A DNA stretch of 40,229 nt from Octopus bimaculoides (taxonomy: Eukaryota), in NCBI RefSeq assembly GCF_001194135.2, contig NC_068993.1, positions 29,728,819 to 29,769,047 of the forward strand, given 5' to 3'. Made by a program: the position numbers and the translations under genes. Numbering within the stretch: position 1 is the first letter of the stretch; the number at the start of each line of letters is the position of its first letter. The notes beneath the pieces were generated by a model that saw only the letters and a program-made list of their open reading frames with translations, did not search any database and was not told the DNA's origin. Shown piece by piece: positions 9,640-22,654 of the stretch.

Positions 9640-11474
9640 ATTCTCTCAATCAGAAATTAAGTTGTTGGTTAAACCAACAGATTTTGTCATCTTTTTCTCT
9701 GTACCGCTGATGCTAGAATTGACAGTCAGCTCCTAGTAGTTAGCTAAACAGCTTCAACCATCAGTGATACTTAGCATCCACAGAATTTTTTCCCACTAAT
9801 GTATTGCCAAGTTTTTCTTCCACTGCACCAATGTTGTTGGATTAAATTCATTTTGTGGAGAAAGCTTTTTGGTGTATGTCCATGTTTATTATTATTGAGT
9901 GAGAGAGCAATACACAAACACCATCACACTATTGTGTACAAATATATGAAGCCAGATATACTTATCATGACTACCTGTCTGATAAGGGTACACTAGGCAC
10001 ATGCATTACAACCATATGTGCACAACATGATGACCTCAAATTAAGATAAACAGTGCGTGATCTGGTAGGAGGGGACCAGTTAGAATTTTCTTCAGTTTGA
10101 GTAGCCCATCCCACTCAAAAGGTCCCTGAATAAGGGTTGTTTAAAGATGGACAAAACACCTATGTTTCCAGGGGTGAATTATTCAAACTCCAAAGAATCC
10201 CTCTCGACACATGGCTATGATGTTCCCTCGCTATTCCTACTCATGACCAGAGATGCACGTATTGTCAGCCACTTAGGGATATGCTCAACTGGTCAATCAA
10301 CTGACAACTAAATTTGTGCTTGGGTAGTTATGTGTCCTGACCGTCTTCACAGGAGGCACTGAGAGGAAGAGAGCAAAAGGCCAGCAAAGAAGTCTATGAA
10401 CTGACAACATCAAAAAATGAACTGGATACGAGAGCCTGGTGGATTGTATGCAAGAATCACAACACAGTGTAGCTAGAGGGCACTGGTAGAAGACAATATG
10501 CCAGAAATTGGACTTGCCATGTTCCCATAGTTATATATTACAACCAAAAGGTCAATTGTCCTTTAAATCATACCCTACTGAGATCAGATTCTTTCATAAA
10601 TTTCTGCACATGTAATTTTAATGCTAATAATGAATCATAATCAGGATCTTTTCTGTTTGGCTGCACCTGTGGATATTTCAAAGTCTAGTGAAAATTTAAA
10701 AATTTGGAATATTGGTATAATTTTCCATGCCAAATCTCAGGAGATATTTAACTTTTGCCAGAAAAAATTTTTTTTAAATGTTACAGAGATTTAAAGTTTG
10801 ATCATTTTTACCTAGTCAGAAAACAGGATTTGGAAGCTGCCAATTTGTGCATTGACTGCCTGTGTTATCAGTTGTAAATATGGAATATTGGCAGAATTCT
10901 GCTTTATGCATACCATATAATCCCTCATAACTTCTTTTATTTTTTGGAATTTTCAAAAATGTTGTATTCTACACACAGGAATTCATACGATTATACAAAA
11001 ACCAAAAAAAAAAAAAACCAAAAAAATTTTTGGGTGCATGATTTAAGCTATTACTTTTAGCACATCTCATAACCAGCATTTAAATAAAAAAAAAATGACT
11101 ACACAAGTAAGCAACTTTTTAACAGCATGGTTTGTTACTATGGAAACACATGGGCAGAGGTAAAGCATGTACACACCACCCACTTGCATTTTTTGGGGGT
11201 TTTTTTCTCAAAATTTCTTCAGATTGCCGTATTCGATATAGGAATATGATTTTGCCCAAAAATCACGTTTACAAAATTTGAATTTCCCCCCTCACCACCC
11301 CAATTTCTTAATTTTTAACTTTTTCCCAAATTGTTTTTATAAAATTTAATTCAACGTTCTCCTCGTTACACCCTGCCAGGCCATATCAATGATTTTCAGG
11401 CAGTTTACAATGTTGTAGTGCTCCATCCAAAACTCACAAAGAGTTAGATTTGAATTTTTGGTGACTTCAAAGCA

Positions 11475-12839
11475 CTAATGAAACAGGTGTTTGGTGTACA
11501 ATTTCTTAAAATTAGAAATCACCTGTTGGTCCATGGGCTGCAAGATAGGGGTGGTGTTGCATGAAAGGTACATAACTTTTATAAATCTAAATTCATCCAG
11601 GATATAGTCTTCGAGTTTAGGAGGGAGAGCAGGAGTATAGTCGAGGATGAAGAGGGCGTTGAGAGGAAGATTGTTCTTGAGAAGATAATTTTTTACTGCT
11701 GGTCTGAAGACAAGGTTTATCCACTTGGTGAACAATTGCCTGGTGACCCAGGCTTTAACATTTGCCCTCCACATGACTTGCAGCTTCTCTTTCAGGATTT
11801 TGTGCAACTTGAAAGCTTGTAGGTTTTCAGAATAGTAGACAAGGAATGGTTTCATCTCAAAGTCTCCCCTCACATTGGCACAAAGGGTGAGAGTTAGCCG
11901 ATCTTTCATAAGCTTGCGTTCTGTCATTTTCTCCTCTGCAGTTCTGTAGGTTCTTCTCGGCATTTTTTTACCAAAACAGGCCAGTATCATCACAGTTGAA
12001 TGCCTATTGTGCGATGTACTCCCCTCATCCGGCTGCAATGAGCTGATGGAATTCATGCACAAAATCTTCAGCTGCCTTTGTGTCAGAACTCACTGCTTCT
12101 CCATACCTGACAATACCCAGTCCTCTTCTTGAAATTATCAAGCCAGCTGTGACTGACCTTAAATGCATCTGCTGATGCCTCCTCCCATCAATGTTCCAGT
12201 ATTCTGCTTCAGATGATCCCCATACAGCACTCATGCTTTCTTGCAGATGATGATCTCCATAATCATATCCTCTGTGAATTGCTTCTTGTTGATTCACAAG
12301 AGAAGCAATTTTTCCATCCTTTCGTGGATAGATGTGCATTGCTTAGAGAGCCTGGAGGCACCCTTTGCTGTTGTAACAGCCTTGATCACATCCTTTTTTT
12401 GCAGGATGGTGCAGATTGTCAATGTGCTTCGGTTATATTGACATGCTGTGTCCACTACATGCAATCCTCTCTCATGTTTATCAATGATTTCCTTCTTCAA
12501 TTCTATCGTAATCAGCTTTTTCTTCTTAGCACTGTCCTTTGCACTAACATTCTTAGGACCCATGGCTAACACAACTAATTATTATAAAATAATAGCAAAA
12601 AATGCACAAAACTAAACAAAAACACTGGGAAAAACACAACAGGGATGCTGCCACAAGATAAACACATGAACTGAGTGAGCAGAGACTGCACTTATTGGGA
12701 GAGCGTGTGCAAGCTCAGCGCTGATTAGTAGTTGCTTCTATGAAACTCGCTCATACTTCAAGACAAAAATTTGCACGAGTCTCGGCTTGTACAGCAAATT
12801 ACTCATACAATGGTGCACTCATACAGCGAGGTTCTACTG
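11475..12839 (-). mobile_element. Tigger/pogo DNA transposon remnant (TIGD1-like transposase pseudogene), 3' end lost
   Basis: HTH-psq-like ITIELKKEIIDKHERG; VRYGEAVSSDTKAAEDF; DDE_1 region DRLTLTLCANVRGD...KAWVT...ILQPMDQQVISNFKKLY; terminus CAGTAGAACCTCGC next to TA at 12840-12841. Confidence 0.88.
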
Positions 12840-13258
12840 TAATTCATACTGAAGTTTTACCTAGAGTGTGTGTGTGNNNNNNNNNNNNNNNNNNNNNNNN
12901 NNNNNNNNNNNNNNNNNNNNNNNNNNNNNNNNNNNNNNNNNNNNNNNNNNNNNNNNNNNNNNNNNNNNNNNNNNNNNNNNNNNNNNNNNNNNNNNNNNNN
13001 NNNNNNNNNNNNNNNNNNNNNNNNNNNNNNNNNNNNNNNNNNNNNNNNNNNNNNNNNNNNNNNNNNNNNNNNNNNNNNNNNNNNNNNNNNNNNNNNNNNN
13101 NNNNNNNNNNNNNNNNAAACTCCTATATCAAAAGCATGGAAATAAGAAGAAATTTGGAAAAAAAATAAGGTAGGGGAGCAAATGTCACCTCCAGCATGCT
13201 AGAAACAACAGCTAAACGACATGATTTCTGAAAAAAACTTCTGAAGTTTATATTGAAG

Positions 13259-13880
13259 ATCATTATCATCGTTTAACGTCTGCCTTCCATGCTGGCATGG
13301 GTGGGACGGTTTGCCAGGAGCTGGCCAGGCAGAAGCCTGCATCAGACTTCTGTAACTGTTTTGGCAGGATTTTTACAGCTGGATGCCCTTCCTAACACCA
13401 ACCACTCAGTAAAATGGACTTAGTGGCTTTTACATGGCACAAGCCCAGGCAAGGTTTTTATAGCTGGATGCCCTTCCAAACACCAACCACTTTACAGTGT
13501 GGACTGGATGCTTTTTAAGTAGCACCTGCACTGACAGGATCACCAAATAACTTGCAAGGCAAAAATCATTTGTGAGGAGAGGAGGCATTGGAGGAAGTGA
13601 TCTTGTGTCAGATGATGAAAGGCTAGTGAGACAGAGTAACAGAAACAGGTGTCTTGCTTCTTGCTGTAGATGAGGTACAAAGTTGCCTGGCCAGAGAGAG
13701 AGATCAAGAATGACAGAAACAGGTGTACTGTTACAAGGAGATCCATTGTTACCCAACTTGAGAGAAGTGCAGGAGTAAAAGCGAGAGAGTGGGAGACAAC
13801 AGGATATAGATGGTGGCAAAGTGCTGGGCATACTCACAACAGTTGGGGATCAGAATATAAATGGGATGGTTGAGTAAAGG
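13259..13880 (-). repeat. Short high-copy repeat sharing the RTE 3' tail
   Basis: Reverse complement of CCCATGCCAGCATGGAAGGCAGACGTTAAACGATGATAATG tail; ACAGCTGGATGCCCTTCCTAAC block also seen at 14170, 20950, 26520 and 32595-32710. Confidence 0.75.
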
Positions 13881-14052
13881 AAGAGAGAGATATAGATGGT
13901 GGAAAGTGCCAGGGCATTTCCTTGAGGTTCAAAGGTCATAATACAAATGACAGGGTATTGTGAAAGAAGCAGATTAGAGGAGTGGAGAAGTGAGTGATAA
14001 AAACCGGGGTGTATACAGGGTGGGTTGTGGGCTGCTGGATAGCAATCATCAT

Positions 14053-15190
14053 TATCATCATCATTGTTTATCGTCCACTTTCCATGCTGGCATGGGTTGG
14101 ATGGTTTGACTGAGGACTGGTAAGCCAGGAAGCTGCACTAGGCTCCAAACTGATCTGGCAAGGTTTCAACAGCTGGGTGCCCTTCATAATGCCAACCACT
14201 CCGAGAGTGTAGTGGGTGTTTTTTATGTGCCACTAGCATGGGGGCCAGTCAGGCAATACAGAGAAACAGGGCTGTGAGGACAGGATTGGGGAGTGAGAGG
14301 TAGGCATAGTGTATGAAGAAGGAAATGTGAGGAAGAGATGTAGATTGGTTTGCTGGGGTAGGGTGTGTGAAAAGTTTTGCTGTGTGGGTGGAACAAATAG
14401 GGTGGGGGCTAACAGATAGCAATGAAATGATACAGGGAAATAGAACCAAGAGGACGGGATGAGGGCATGGAAGGTAAGCATAGTGCATGAAGTGGAAATG
14501 CAAGGAAAAGATGTAGAGATATAGTTTGGTTTGTTGTGTAGGGTGTGTGAGAAGTTTTCTAGTTAAGTGTGAGTGGATGGGGCACACAGCACTTCTAGAA
14601 CTCAGTTTCGCTGACATGGGCAGGTCTTCACAAGAACCTCATATCACCAGACATCTCAGTCCATTGTCGTTTCTTCAATGAGGCCCAACATTCTGAGAGT
14701 GGTCCTTATCACTTTATCCCTCTTCCTGGGTTTCCCTCTTCCGCAGGTACCATCCACTTTCAGTGACAGGAATTTCTTTATGCAGCTGTCCTCATTCATA
14801 CACATCACATGTCCAAACCAATGTAGTCTTCTCTCTTGCATGTTACATTTGATTCCTCTTATGTCCAATATTTTTCTAAATACATTTACAGTTTGTTGTA
14901 CATGTGCGATGAAGTTGCACATCCAACAGATCATATTTCTCTTCAGTCCACGCATGTCTTCAGCATTCAGAGCCCATGTCTCACTACTATGGAGTATAGT
15001 CATTTGCACACAAGCATTATACAGTCTACCTTTCACTCAGAGAAAGTCTTTTCGTTACCAACAGAGGTAATAGTTCTCTGAACTTCCTTCACCCTATTCT
15101 TATTCTAGAAACAATACTTTCAGAGCATCCTCCACCATTGCTAATTTGATTACCTAGGTAACAGAAACTATCTACAACCCCAAGAGAGCC
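14053..15190 (-). mobile_element. 5'-truncated, decayed RTE-clade LINE
   Basis: KGRLYNACVQMTILHSSETWAL...ERRLHWFGHV...GRGKPRK post-RT region; 3' tail with (TGA)n-like end at 14053. Confidence 0.8.
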
Positions 15191-15202
15191 TCCTGGGCAT
15201 TG

Positions 15203-16928
15203 TGTGTATAAAATGAAATGAAATCCAGGTTTAGTCACAGATCGATCAAGTTAGTCAATTTTTAATATCTTTGTGACAACATAGTGTCTCTATACATCCT
15301 AATGAAAAATTGAAAGAAAGAGATAATGCTGCTCTCTCTTTGGAAGAGAAACTAATTTTGACAGTGGTAAGGAAGATATTTGTTTTATTATCACAATTGA
15401 AACGATATTCCAAGGTGTTACATGGCACAAGTCAATAATTTCTTTATTTTTTCAACTTTCTGTGTAAGGACCTTGCATGGCTCTGCTGGTGATTCAAAAC
15501 TGAATCCACTCAATCATTGCTTGTCAAGAAATTCTCAAATCTGTTTGTCTTTGCATCTACACACTGGATGCTGTATAGCAAACACTTGACCTACACTATG
15601 TCATTAAGAGGTCAGTCCCTTGTTTTAGATGTAACCTATTCAACTTTCTATTGATATCCGAAGAACATTCTGCCTGTAATCAACTGTTTTGCTTATTTCT
15701 GACAGTTTTTGCTAATTTCTGACTGTTTTTGGCTACTTCTTTACTTTTTATTTTGTTTCTTTAACTGTTTGGACTTTTTTCCTAATTTTTTTAACTTCAA
15801 TTTTTAGATGGATTGTCCAAGATTCCAAGGATAATCACATAATTGTGGATCACAAGACTTGTGGCAAGGATATACAACTTCTTGGCATGCAACAGACGAG
15901 GTGATATTGATATGCTGTAGGTGCAAAAAATACTGTGTCAATCCATACGAACACTTTCTCGGAAAAGAGCCAACTATCAGTCTACAAAATTTTAAATATA
16001 ATTTTTGACTTTATTTTCGAAATGCCGGTAACCTGTTCCATGTCGGTGAACAATGTCAGCAAAGTGACAGCAATACAGTGGTATGAATATTGCTGAGAAA
16101 TCTGTTCATAAAAATTATTAAAAGATAAAAAAAAGATGTGGTGGCCCGAATCATGTCATAGAAGAGGATGAAGGCTTAATGTTTAAGAGAAAAAATGAAG
16201 TTGGGTATGTGGTGCACTCATACAACAACACCCAGAAAAAGGGATACTTGCAACATGTTGAAGACAGAAAGGCAGAGACACTAGAGGCAGTCATTATGGA
16301 AAATGTTGAATCAGGGTACTTACAGACCAGTGGGCTGGTTGCCAAAATCTAGAAAAACTTGGATACATCCATGGTCCTGTGAACCACTCTCAGAATTTTG
16401 TGGACCCAGAGAGTGGTGTATGTATGAATCGAGTGGAGGCATACTGGAGCAGAATTTAAAAAAGACTGAAATATAAATTCAGGTCAAGTGACGAGGCTAT
16501 GTATAGGGATCTTTATAACATGACATGCAACTGAGCATGGGAGTATTGCAAGACCTTTGTAAAACACATTGCAGAAATTTACCCACAATGATTTTTGAAA
16601 GGTATGTAAACGATAATTCTCATAACTTATTTCTGTGTACTTTTTGAGCATACCTACACAAGTGTAATGCCTTTGATTTTCTTTCCTCACAACTGTCTAA
16701 AAACTAGAAAACAATGGAATGCGCTTTGTACACCTCAACCAAAAATTATTTCCTTAAAAGAACTCCATTTTTCTATATGTTATGAGGAAATAAAATCAAG
16801 TGGGGGCTACTTGTGAAGGTATGCCATTTTTTGATGCATGGAGACACTATGTCGTTACAAAAATGTTAAAACTTTACCAACTTGATTGATCTGTGACTAA
16901 ACCTGGATTTAATTTCCTTTTATACACA
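15203..16928 (+). mobile_element. Merlin (IS1595/ISXO2-like) DNA transposon remnant with about 95-bp TIRs
   Basis: Inverted repeats about 15203-15295 and 16835-16928; decayed transposase GGPNHVIEEDEGLMFKRK, VEDRKAETLEAVIMENVESG, TDQWAG, VNHSQNFVDPESGVCMNRVEAYWS. No TSD found. Confidence 0.8.
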
Positions 16929-17647
16929 CTTTGCTATTGATTATATAGATAATTGCAAACATGGCCTGTAAAGATAACTTATCTTAATACACTATATATG
17001 TGTACATTTTCATAAATGTTTCTCTTGCATGATGACCCCTTTGGAACTTAACAATCATGGCTGATGTCCAATTTACACATTTTACCTCTGCCCCAGTTTT
17101 GAAATGTTAAAGTTTTCCTTCTTTTGGAATTAAGAAAGGTATGTAAAAATAACTTCTCTTCCTACAAAACTTCCATGTATGTTTTTGTTGCATGCACATG
17201 CACACACACACACACACACTCTGGGTAAAACTTCAGTATGAATTATGTTATTTCTTGCTGTGTGCACACACAAAATTACAGTTCAACTACAATTGTAATG
17301 ACCTTTCATTATTTTGTAATTCAATTTTGAGATGAGCATATTTGAAAACCTGATCTTTGATATAAACTTAAAAGGAAGTTTTTTTAGAAATTGTGTCATT
17401 TAGCTGCTGTGTCCAGCATGCCAGAGGATTTGCGTCCCACGCGGATGGGAAAGCCTTCTTTTTTCTGTCGAGGGTTTATATGCTCCATTATTACACTATT
17501 TTCGTTAGTCATTGCACGGTGAACGGCATAAGCTTTCAGCTTATATAAAAATACCATTATTATTATTTACAGGATTGTAAAATACGGCACTGTATAATAA
17601 AGCCATTCACACCGAAAGCATATGTATATATATATATATATATATAT

Positions 17648-17945
17648 GCTTATTATAGCCTCAGGCTGACCAAAATCTTGTGAGTGGATTTCGTACTCGG
17701 AAACTGAAAGAAGACTGTCGTATATATATGTATATTTGTGTATGTGTGTGCCTGTGTCTTGTGTTTGTACCCCCACCATTCCTTGACACCTGATGTTGCT
17801 GTGTTTGCATTCCTGTAACTTAGCGGTTTGGTAAAAGACACTGACAGAATGAGTACTAGGCTTACAAAGAATAAATCATGTAGTTGATTTCTTCGACCAA
17901 TGACAGTGCTCGACCATGGCCGCAGTCACATGACTGAAACAAGTA
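17648..17945 (+). repeat. 5'-truncated SINE of the same family as 30216-30370
   Basis: TATAGCCTCAGGCTGACCAAAATCTTGTGAGTGGATTT...GAAACTGAAAGAAG block, then GTAACTTAGCGGTT...GAGTACTAGGCTT...ATGACTGAAACAAG body. Confidence 0.7.
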
Positions 17946-17973
17946 AAGCAATAAAAATCTATGCCATTTTAAT

Positions 17974-18001
17974 CCCGAGCAAGGCCGGGTATCTCTACTA
18001 G
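17974..18001 (+). mobile_element. Helitron-like 3' terminus
   Basis: GC-rich hairpin CCCGAGCAAGGCCGGG, 8-nt spacer, CTAG followed by T. Confidence 0.5.
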
Positions 18002-18204
18002 TGTATATATAAAGGAGACCACAAGGTGGATGGGTTAAGTGCTAGAAGAATGTGATCTTCTTCTAGCACATTAGCCGTCCACCTAGTGNNNNNNNNNNNN
18101 NNNNNNNNNNNNNNNNNNNNNNNNNNNNNNNNNNNNNNNNNNNNNNNNNNNNNNNNNNNNNNNNNNNNNNNNNNNNNNNNNNNNNNNNAACTAAAAGCAA
18201 AAAT

Positions 18205-19240
18205 GGCAAAAAAACATCTTAGATATAACTCGACAATTCACTTTGAGTATTTCCGTGACAGCTGCTTAAATGAGAGGAGAAGAAAGCTTATGGGTTGTGT
18301 GTGCGTGCTTGTTTGTTCTGTATTTGTGTTGTGGAATATAGATATAACGAAGCCAGCAATGTCTCATTTTACATACACACATGAAGCAGGTGAGAACAAA
18401 TATGCAAGGCTTTTTTTTCTTCAAGTTTAAAATGAGACATTGCTGGCATAATTTCATTATGGAATACCATAATACATAAAAACAGAACAGACTAGAACAA
18501 GCACGCACACGCAACCCATTAGCTTTCTTCTCTTCCCATTTCAGTAGCTGTCACTGAGATATCAGAAGTGAATTGTCGAGTTATATTGAATTGATGTTTT
18601 GTTTCGTATTGAAGGAACGCCGTTTTATAATTATTTCTGTCGTATGAGCGAAGAAGGTAAAGCGAGTGCGGCCTAATTTCGTTTTGACTCGAATTCTATA
18701 AACGTATTTCTCGGTAATTTCCGTGAGCACGTGTTGTCTTGTCAATTGTCAGCTGCGTGCTTGTTCTATTTGACGTATCGAAGTGGAAAGAGGAAGCTAA
18801 TGGGTTGTACGTCTGTTTTTTTGTTTTATGAATTTCATAAAATGCGTTGAATCGTCCCACTGATCTTATTTAATTTAGCTTTAAAATTAATAGAAATCAA
18901 CGTCAATTATATTTCTTTCTTTCGCATTTCTTTTTATCAATAGTAAGTCTTAATTTACATTTCTTCCTTTTCTCCATGCATGTTGTAATATTTCTGCTCT
19001 TTGATTTCGGTCCCTTGTTGCGACATTGTTTCTGTTATATCGACATTCCACACACAAATACATAAAAACAGAACAAGCACACACACAAGAACAGACGTAC
19101 AACCCATTAGCTTCCTCTTTCCTCTTTGATACGTCAAATAGAACAAGCACGCAGCTAGCAGTTGACAAGACAAACATGTGCTCACAGAAATTACCAAGAA
19201 GTATGTTTATAGAATTCGATTCAAAACGAAATTACGCTTT
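18205..19240. repeat. Two adjacent related foldback (long inverted repeat) units
   Basis: Arms about 18205-18345 / 18460-18600 and about 18673-18830 / 19060-19240; both share AAGCTAATGGGTTG...GTGCTTGTTCT. Confidence 0.7.
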
Positions 19241-19555
19241 GAAGGAATTGCGGTGACCTTCTAATATGTTACAAACACCCATTTTTAGTCCGGAAAACTG
19301 GGTGGGGTGGGGTGGAACTTGGAATCTCCCCCTCCATTTTCAAATGTTTCTGGATAACATTTTGCAAAAATGTTTTCGAGAGAGTAAATTCAAACAACTT
19401 TGAAAAGAATATTTGAAAATGCAGAGGTAACGGAGGTAAAGAATGATGTAAAATTCATCTAAAAAACATGTAAGAGATTGTGTATGTGTGTGAAACAAGT
19501 AAAAGTATAATATTAAAACAAAATATCTTTTTCATTCCTCTTAAAATCACTGGAG

Positions 19556-21075
19556 AAGTTTCAGATGTGGAAGCAAGGACTAAAATCGAAGGGCCTTAGA
19601 GTCAACCTAGCTAAAATCAAAGTCCTAATAAATAGGAAGGTAGACAAAACACAAACCTCATCAGGTAGATGGCCCTGCTCGATCTGTAGAAAAGGCGTAG
19701 GTAGAAACTCTACAAGATGTACCCAGTGTAAGCTATGGACACATAAGAGGTGCAGCAATATCAAAGGAAGGCTAACTAGGAAGTTAGTTTTTGTATGTGG
19801 CAGATGTTCAGGAGCAATAAACACTGAAAATGTGCAGAAAACGTCTGCCACATTCCAGGCTGAAAAACTAGATGTAGTTGATAGCTTCCGCTATCCAGGT
19901 GACCAAGTTAGTAGTGGGGGAGGGTGCACTGAAAGTGTAGCTGCTAGAATAAGAATAGCCTGGGCAAAGTTCAGAGAGCTCTTACCTCTGCTGGTGACAA
20001 AGGGCCTCTCGCTCAGAGTAAAAGGCAGACTGTATGACGCATGTGTACGAACAGCCATGCTACATGGCAGTGAAACATGGGCCGTGACTGCTGAGGACAT
20101 GCATAAGCTCGCAAGGAATGAAGCCAGTATGCCCTGCTGGATGTGTAATGTCAGTGTGCATACTTGACAGAAAAGTTGGACCTAAGCATCAGTGGTGGTG
20201 TATGTTCATTTGGCAAGAATGGATGAGGATAGCTGTGTGAAAAAGTGCCACAGCCTTGCTGTTGAGGGTACTTGTGGAAGAGGTAGACCTAGGAAGACCT
20301 GGGATGTGGTGGTGAAGCACGACCTTTGAACATTAGGCCTCACCGAGGCAATGACTTGTGACCAAGACCTTTGGAAATATGCTGTGCGTGAGAAGACCTG
20401 GCAAGACAATTGAGACCGTAACCCGTGGCCTTTACCAGGGGTGTAGCCAGCCCACTTATGCGTACCTTTCCTTCTTTGGACACAAAACCCTGCTTGCGAA
20501 GACCTGTTGAGGCAAGTGAAATAGAAATTGAAAATTGAACCAAATTCGTTGACTGACACCCATGCCAACCTTCCTTCATTGGACACTAAACTCAGCTTGC
20601 GAAGACCTGTTGGGGCAAGTGAGATCAAAACTGAACCAAATTCGATGACTGGTACCCGTGCCAGTGGAGCACTAACAGCACCAACCGAGCGGGATCACTG
20701 CCAGAGCAGCAGTCTCGCTTCCGTGATGGTGGCACGTAAAAAGACCATTTGAGCGCGATCGTTTCCAGCTTCGCCTTATTGGCACTCATGCCGATGGCAT
20801 GTGAACAAAACATTGGACTGACTCCTGTGCAGGTGGCACGTAAAACACACCATTTGAGTGTGGCTGTTGCCAGTACCGCCGGACTGGCCCTCATGCCATT
20901 GCACATAAAAAGCACCCGCTACACTCTCAGAGTGGTTGGCATTAGGAAGGGCATCCAGCTGTAGAAACTCTGCCAGATCAGATTGGAGTCTGGTGTAGCC
21001 ATCTGGTTCGCCAGTCTCCAGTCAAATCATCCAACCCATGCTTGCATGGAAAGCAGACGCTAAATGATGATGATG
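19556..21075 (+). mobile_element. 5'-truncated RTE-clade LINE with full 3' UTR and (TGA)n tail
   Basis: ORF 19565-20167 (GLRVNLAKIKV, PHD-like Cys cluster, VVDSFRYPG, RIRIAWAKFREL, MLHGSETWAV); internal deletion near 20165; tail TAAATGATGATGATGA. Confidence 0.88.
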
Positions 21076-22387
21076 AATTCCAAGAGCTATGTTCCTTCCT
21101 CATTTCTAGGATCAAAGCCATACATCTATGTAGACTGTGAAATCCATTGGGTTGCTGTCCATGTTCATAAAATCACTACCCACAATGATAAGGTCACTGT
21201 CATCAAGGTAATCTGTAAAAAATCCTTTTGTTCATCTGCCATTAAGGAGCATATATAGAGATAAGTGTTGCTGTAGTATTTCCCAAGTTTAGTCTTAGCT
21301 TAATTATTTTATCAAACACTCTGACTTTCTATTCATTTCTCTGCCAAAAGCATACCCAAATCTCCGACACCATCACTATTTCCCACTCAGAAGAATTTAT
21401 ATATTTGTTCTTTACCCATGAGAAGTCTAGTTGAGGTTTCCCTCTATCTTACTTTTCGCACACAACACACACCTACACATCTATACACTACTGTTCTAGC
21501 ATTTTAATAATCTCTCTAGATTGGCTTTTCATTGTGTCTGTTTTAAGGTTGTGGATTGGTTGGGAAAACCAAGTGTGTTGCATTTGAAAAGAAGGTTCAT
21601 GCAAATGTTTGCCCAAACAGAGAGCTCTTGCATGTGCCCAGTTAATTATGAAAACATTATTGCTCTATGAATTACAATATAACTCAAGTCCTGAAAAAAA
21701 AGTATTACTGTTATTTTACTCTGTAAAATGTAAATGCTTTAAAATGTTATTTATTTTATGTTATTACATTTTTTTCATAGCTTTTTCAAACATTTTTATC
21801 TGTTTGGCATGTGCAACAGTGGAATAATGTTATGTATTGTGCTGTCATCATCTTTTATACAACCTTTCACTTCACCAACTACATTATTAGGCTGCTCTTC
21901 ATGGTCAGGTAAGAAAGATATTTGTAATATTCCTATCAATGTATTTGTGTTTGAAAATGAGTTTACTCTTATTATACAGTCCTAGTCTGCACTAATCCTG
22001 CTGGCCTATGGTCCATTGTTAGTTGTTCTTTACTCCCCAGGTAGGCTCTGATCAAATAAACATAAGATTAAAAATATTTCAGACATTGCCATCATGTCAT
22101 TTATTAGGGCTTAGAACTATTTATTTGATGTATTCCTTTCTAAGATGATAGGGGTAACTGCAGAGAGTTTTAGCTGCAATTATCTCTACCATCTTAGTGA
22201 AAGTGGACAGTTGTAGAGAGGCTCAGTTAGTTGACAAGGTGTGGTGTGTAAATATACAATATTTGAGGGTTGTACATTATAATTTTATATGCTACATTTT
22301 GTAAATAATGTCATTGATTGTAAGATTTTGACAGGACAGTCATAATTCGATACATTCCTAATAGTAGGAGTGACAATATGTCAAAGT

Positions 22388-22610
22388 CATCACCATCATC
22401 GTTTAATATCTGTGTTTTCATGCTGGCATTTGTCAGACAGCTTTTCTATGGCTGATTACTCTTATTGTTGCCAATCCTCACTTGTTACTAAACAAGAGCA
22501 TATTTCCCCTAGGTCAGACGTTTTTCACAGACAGATGGAAACAAGTAACATTGCTTGTATAATGATGATGCTTATTTACAGCCATCACATAAAGCCAAAA
22601 CAAGGTTATA
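22388..22610 (-). repeat. Decayed short repeat with RTE-like tail
   Basis: CATCACCATCATCGTTTAATATCTG...TTCATGCTGGCAT resembles the reverse complement of the RTE tail. Confidence 0.5.
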
Positions 22611-22614
22611 CACA

Positions 22615-22654
<40 letters not shown>

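Noticed and set aside
10640-11474. Possible non-autonomous DNA transposon truncating the Tigger
   Set aside because: The texture suggests one, but I could not find matching termini or a TSD.
12740-13173. ORFs spanning N-runs (also 18086-18430 and 29476-30345)
   Set aside because: They consist mostly of X residues from assembly gaps.
17400-17475. Small GC/CpG-rich patch as a possible exon
   Set aside because: Weak donor site and no recognisable peptide in any frame.
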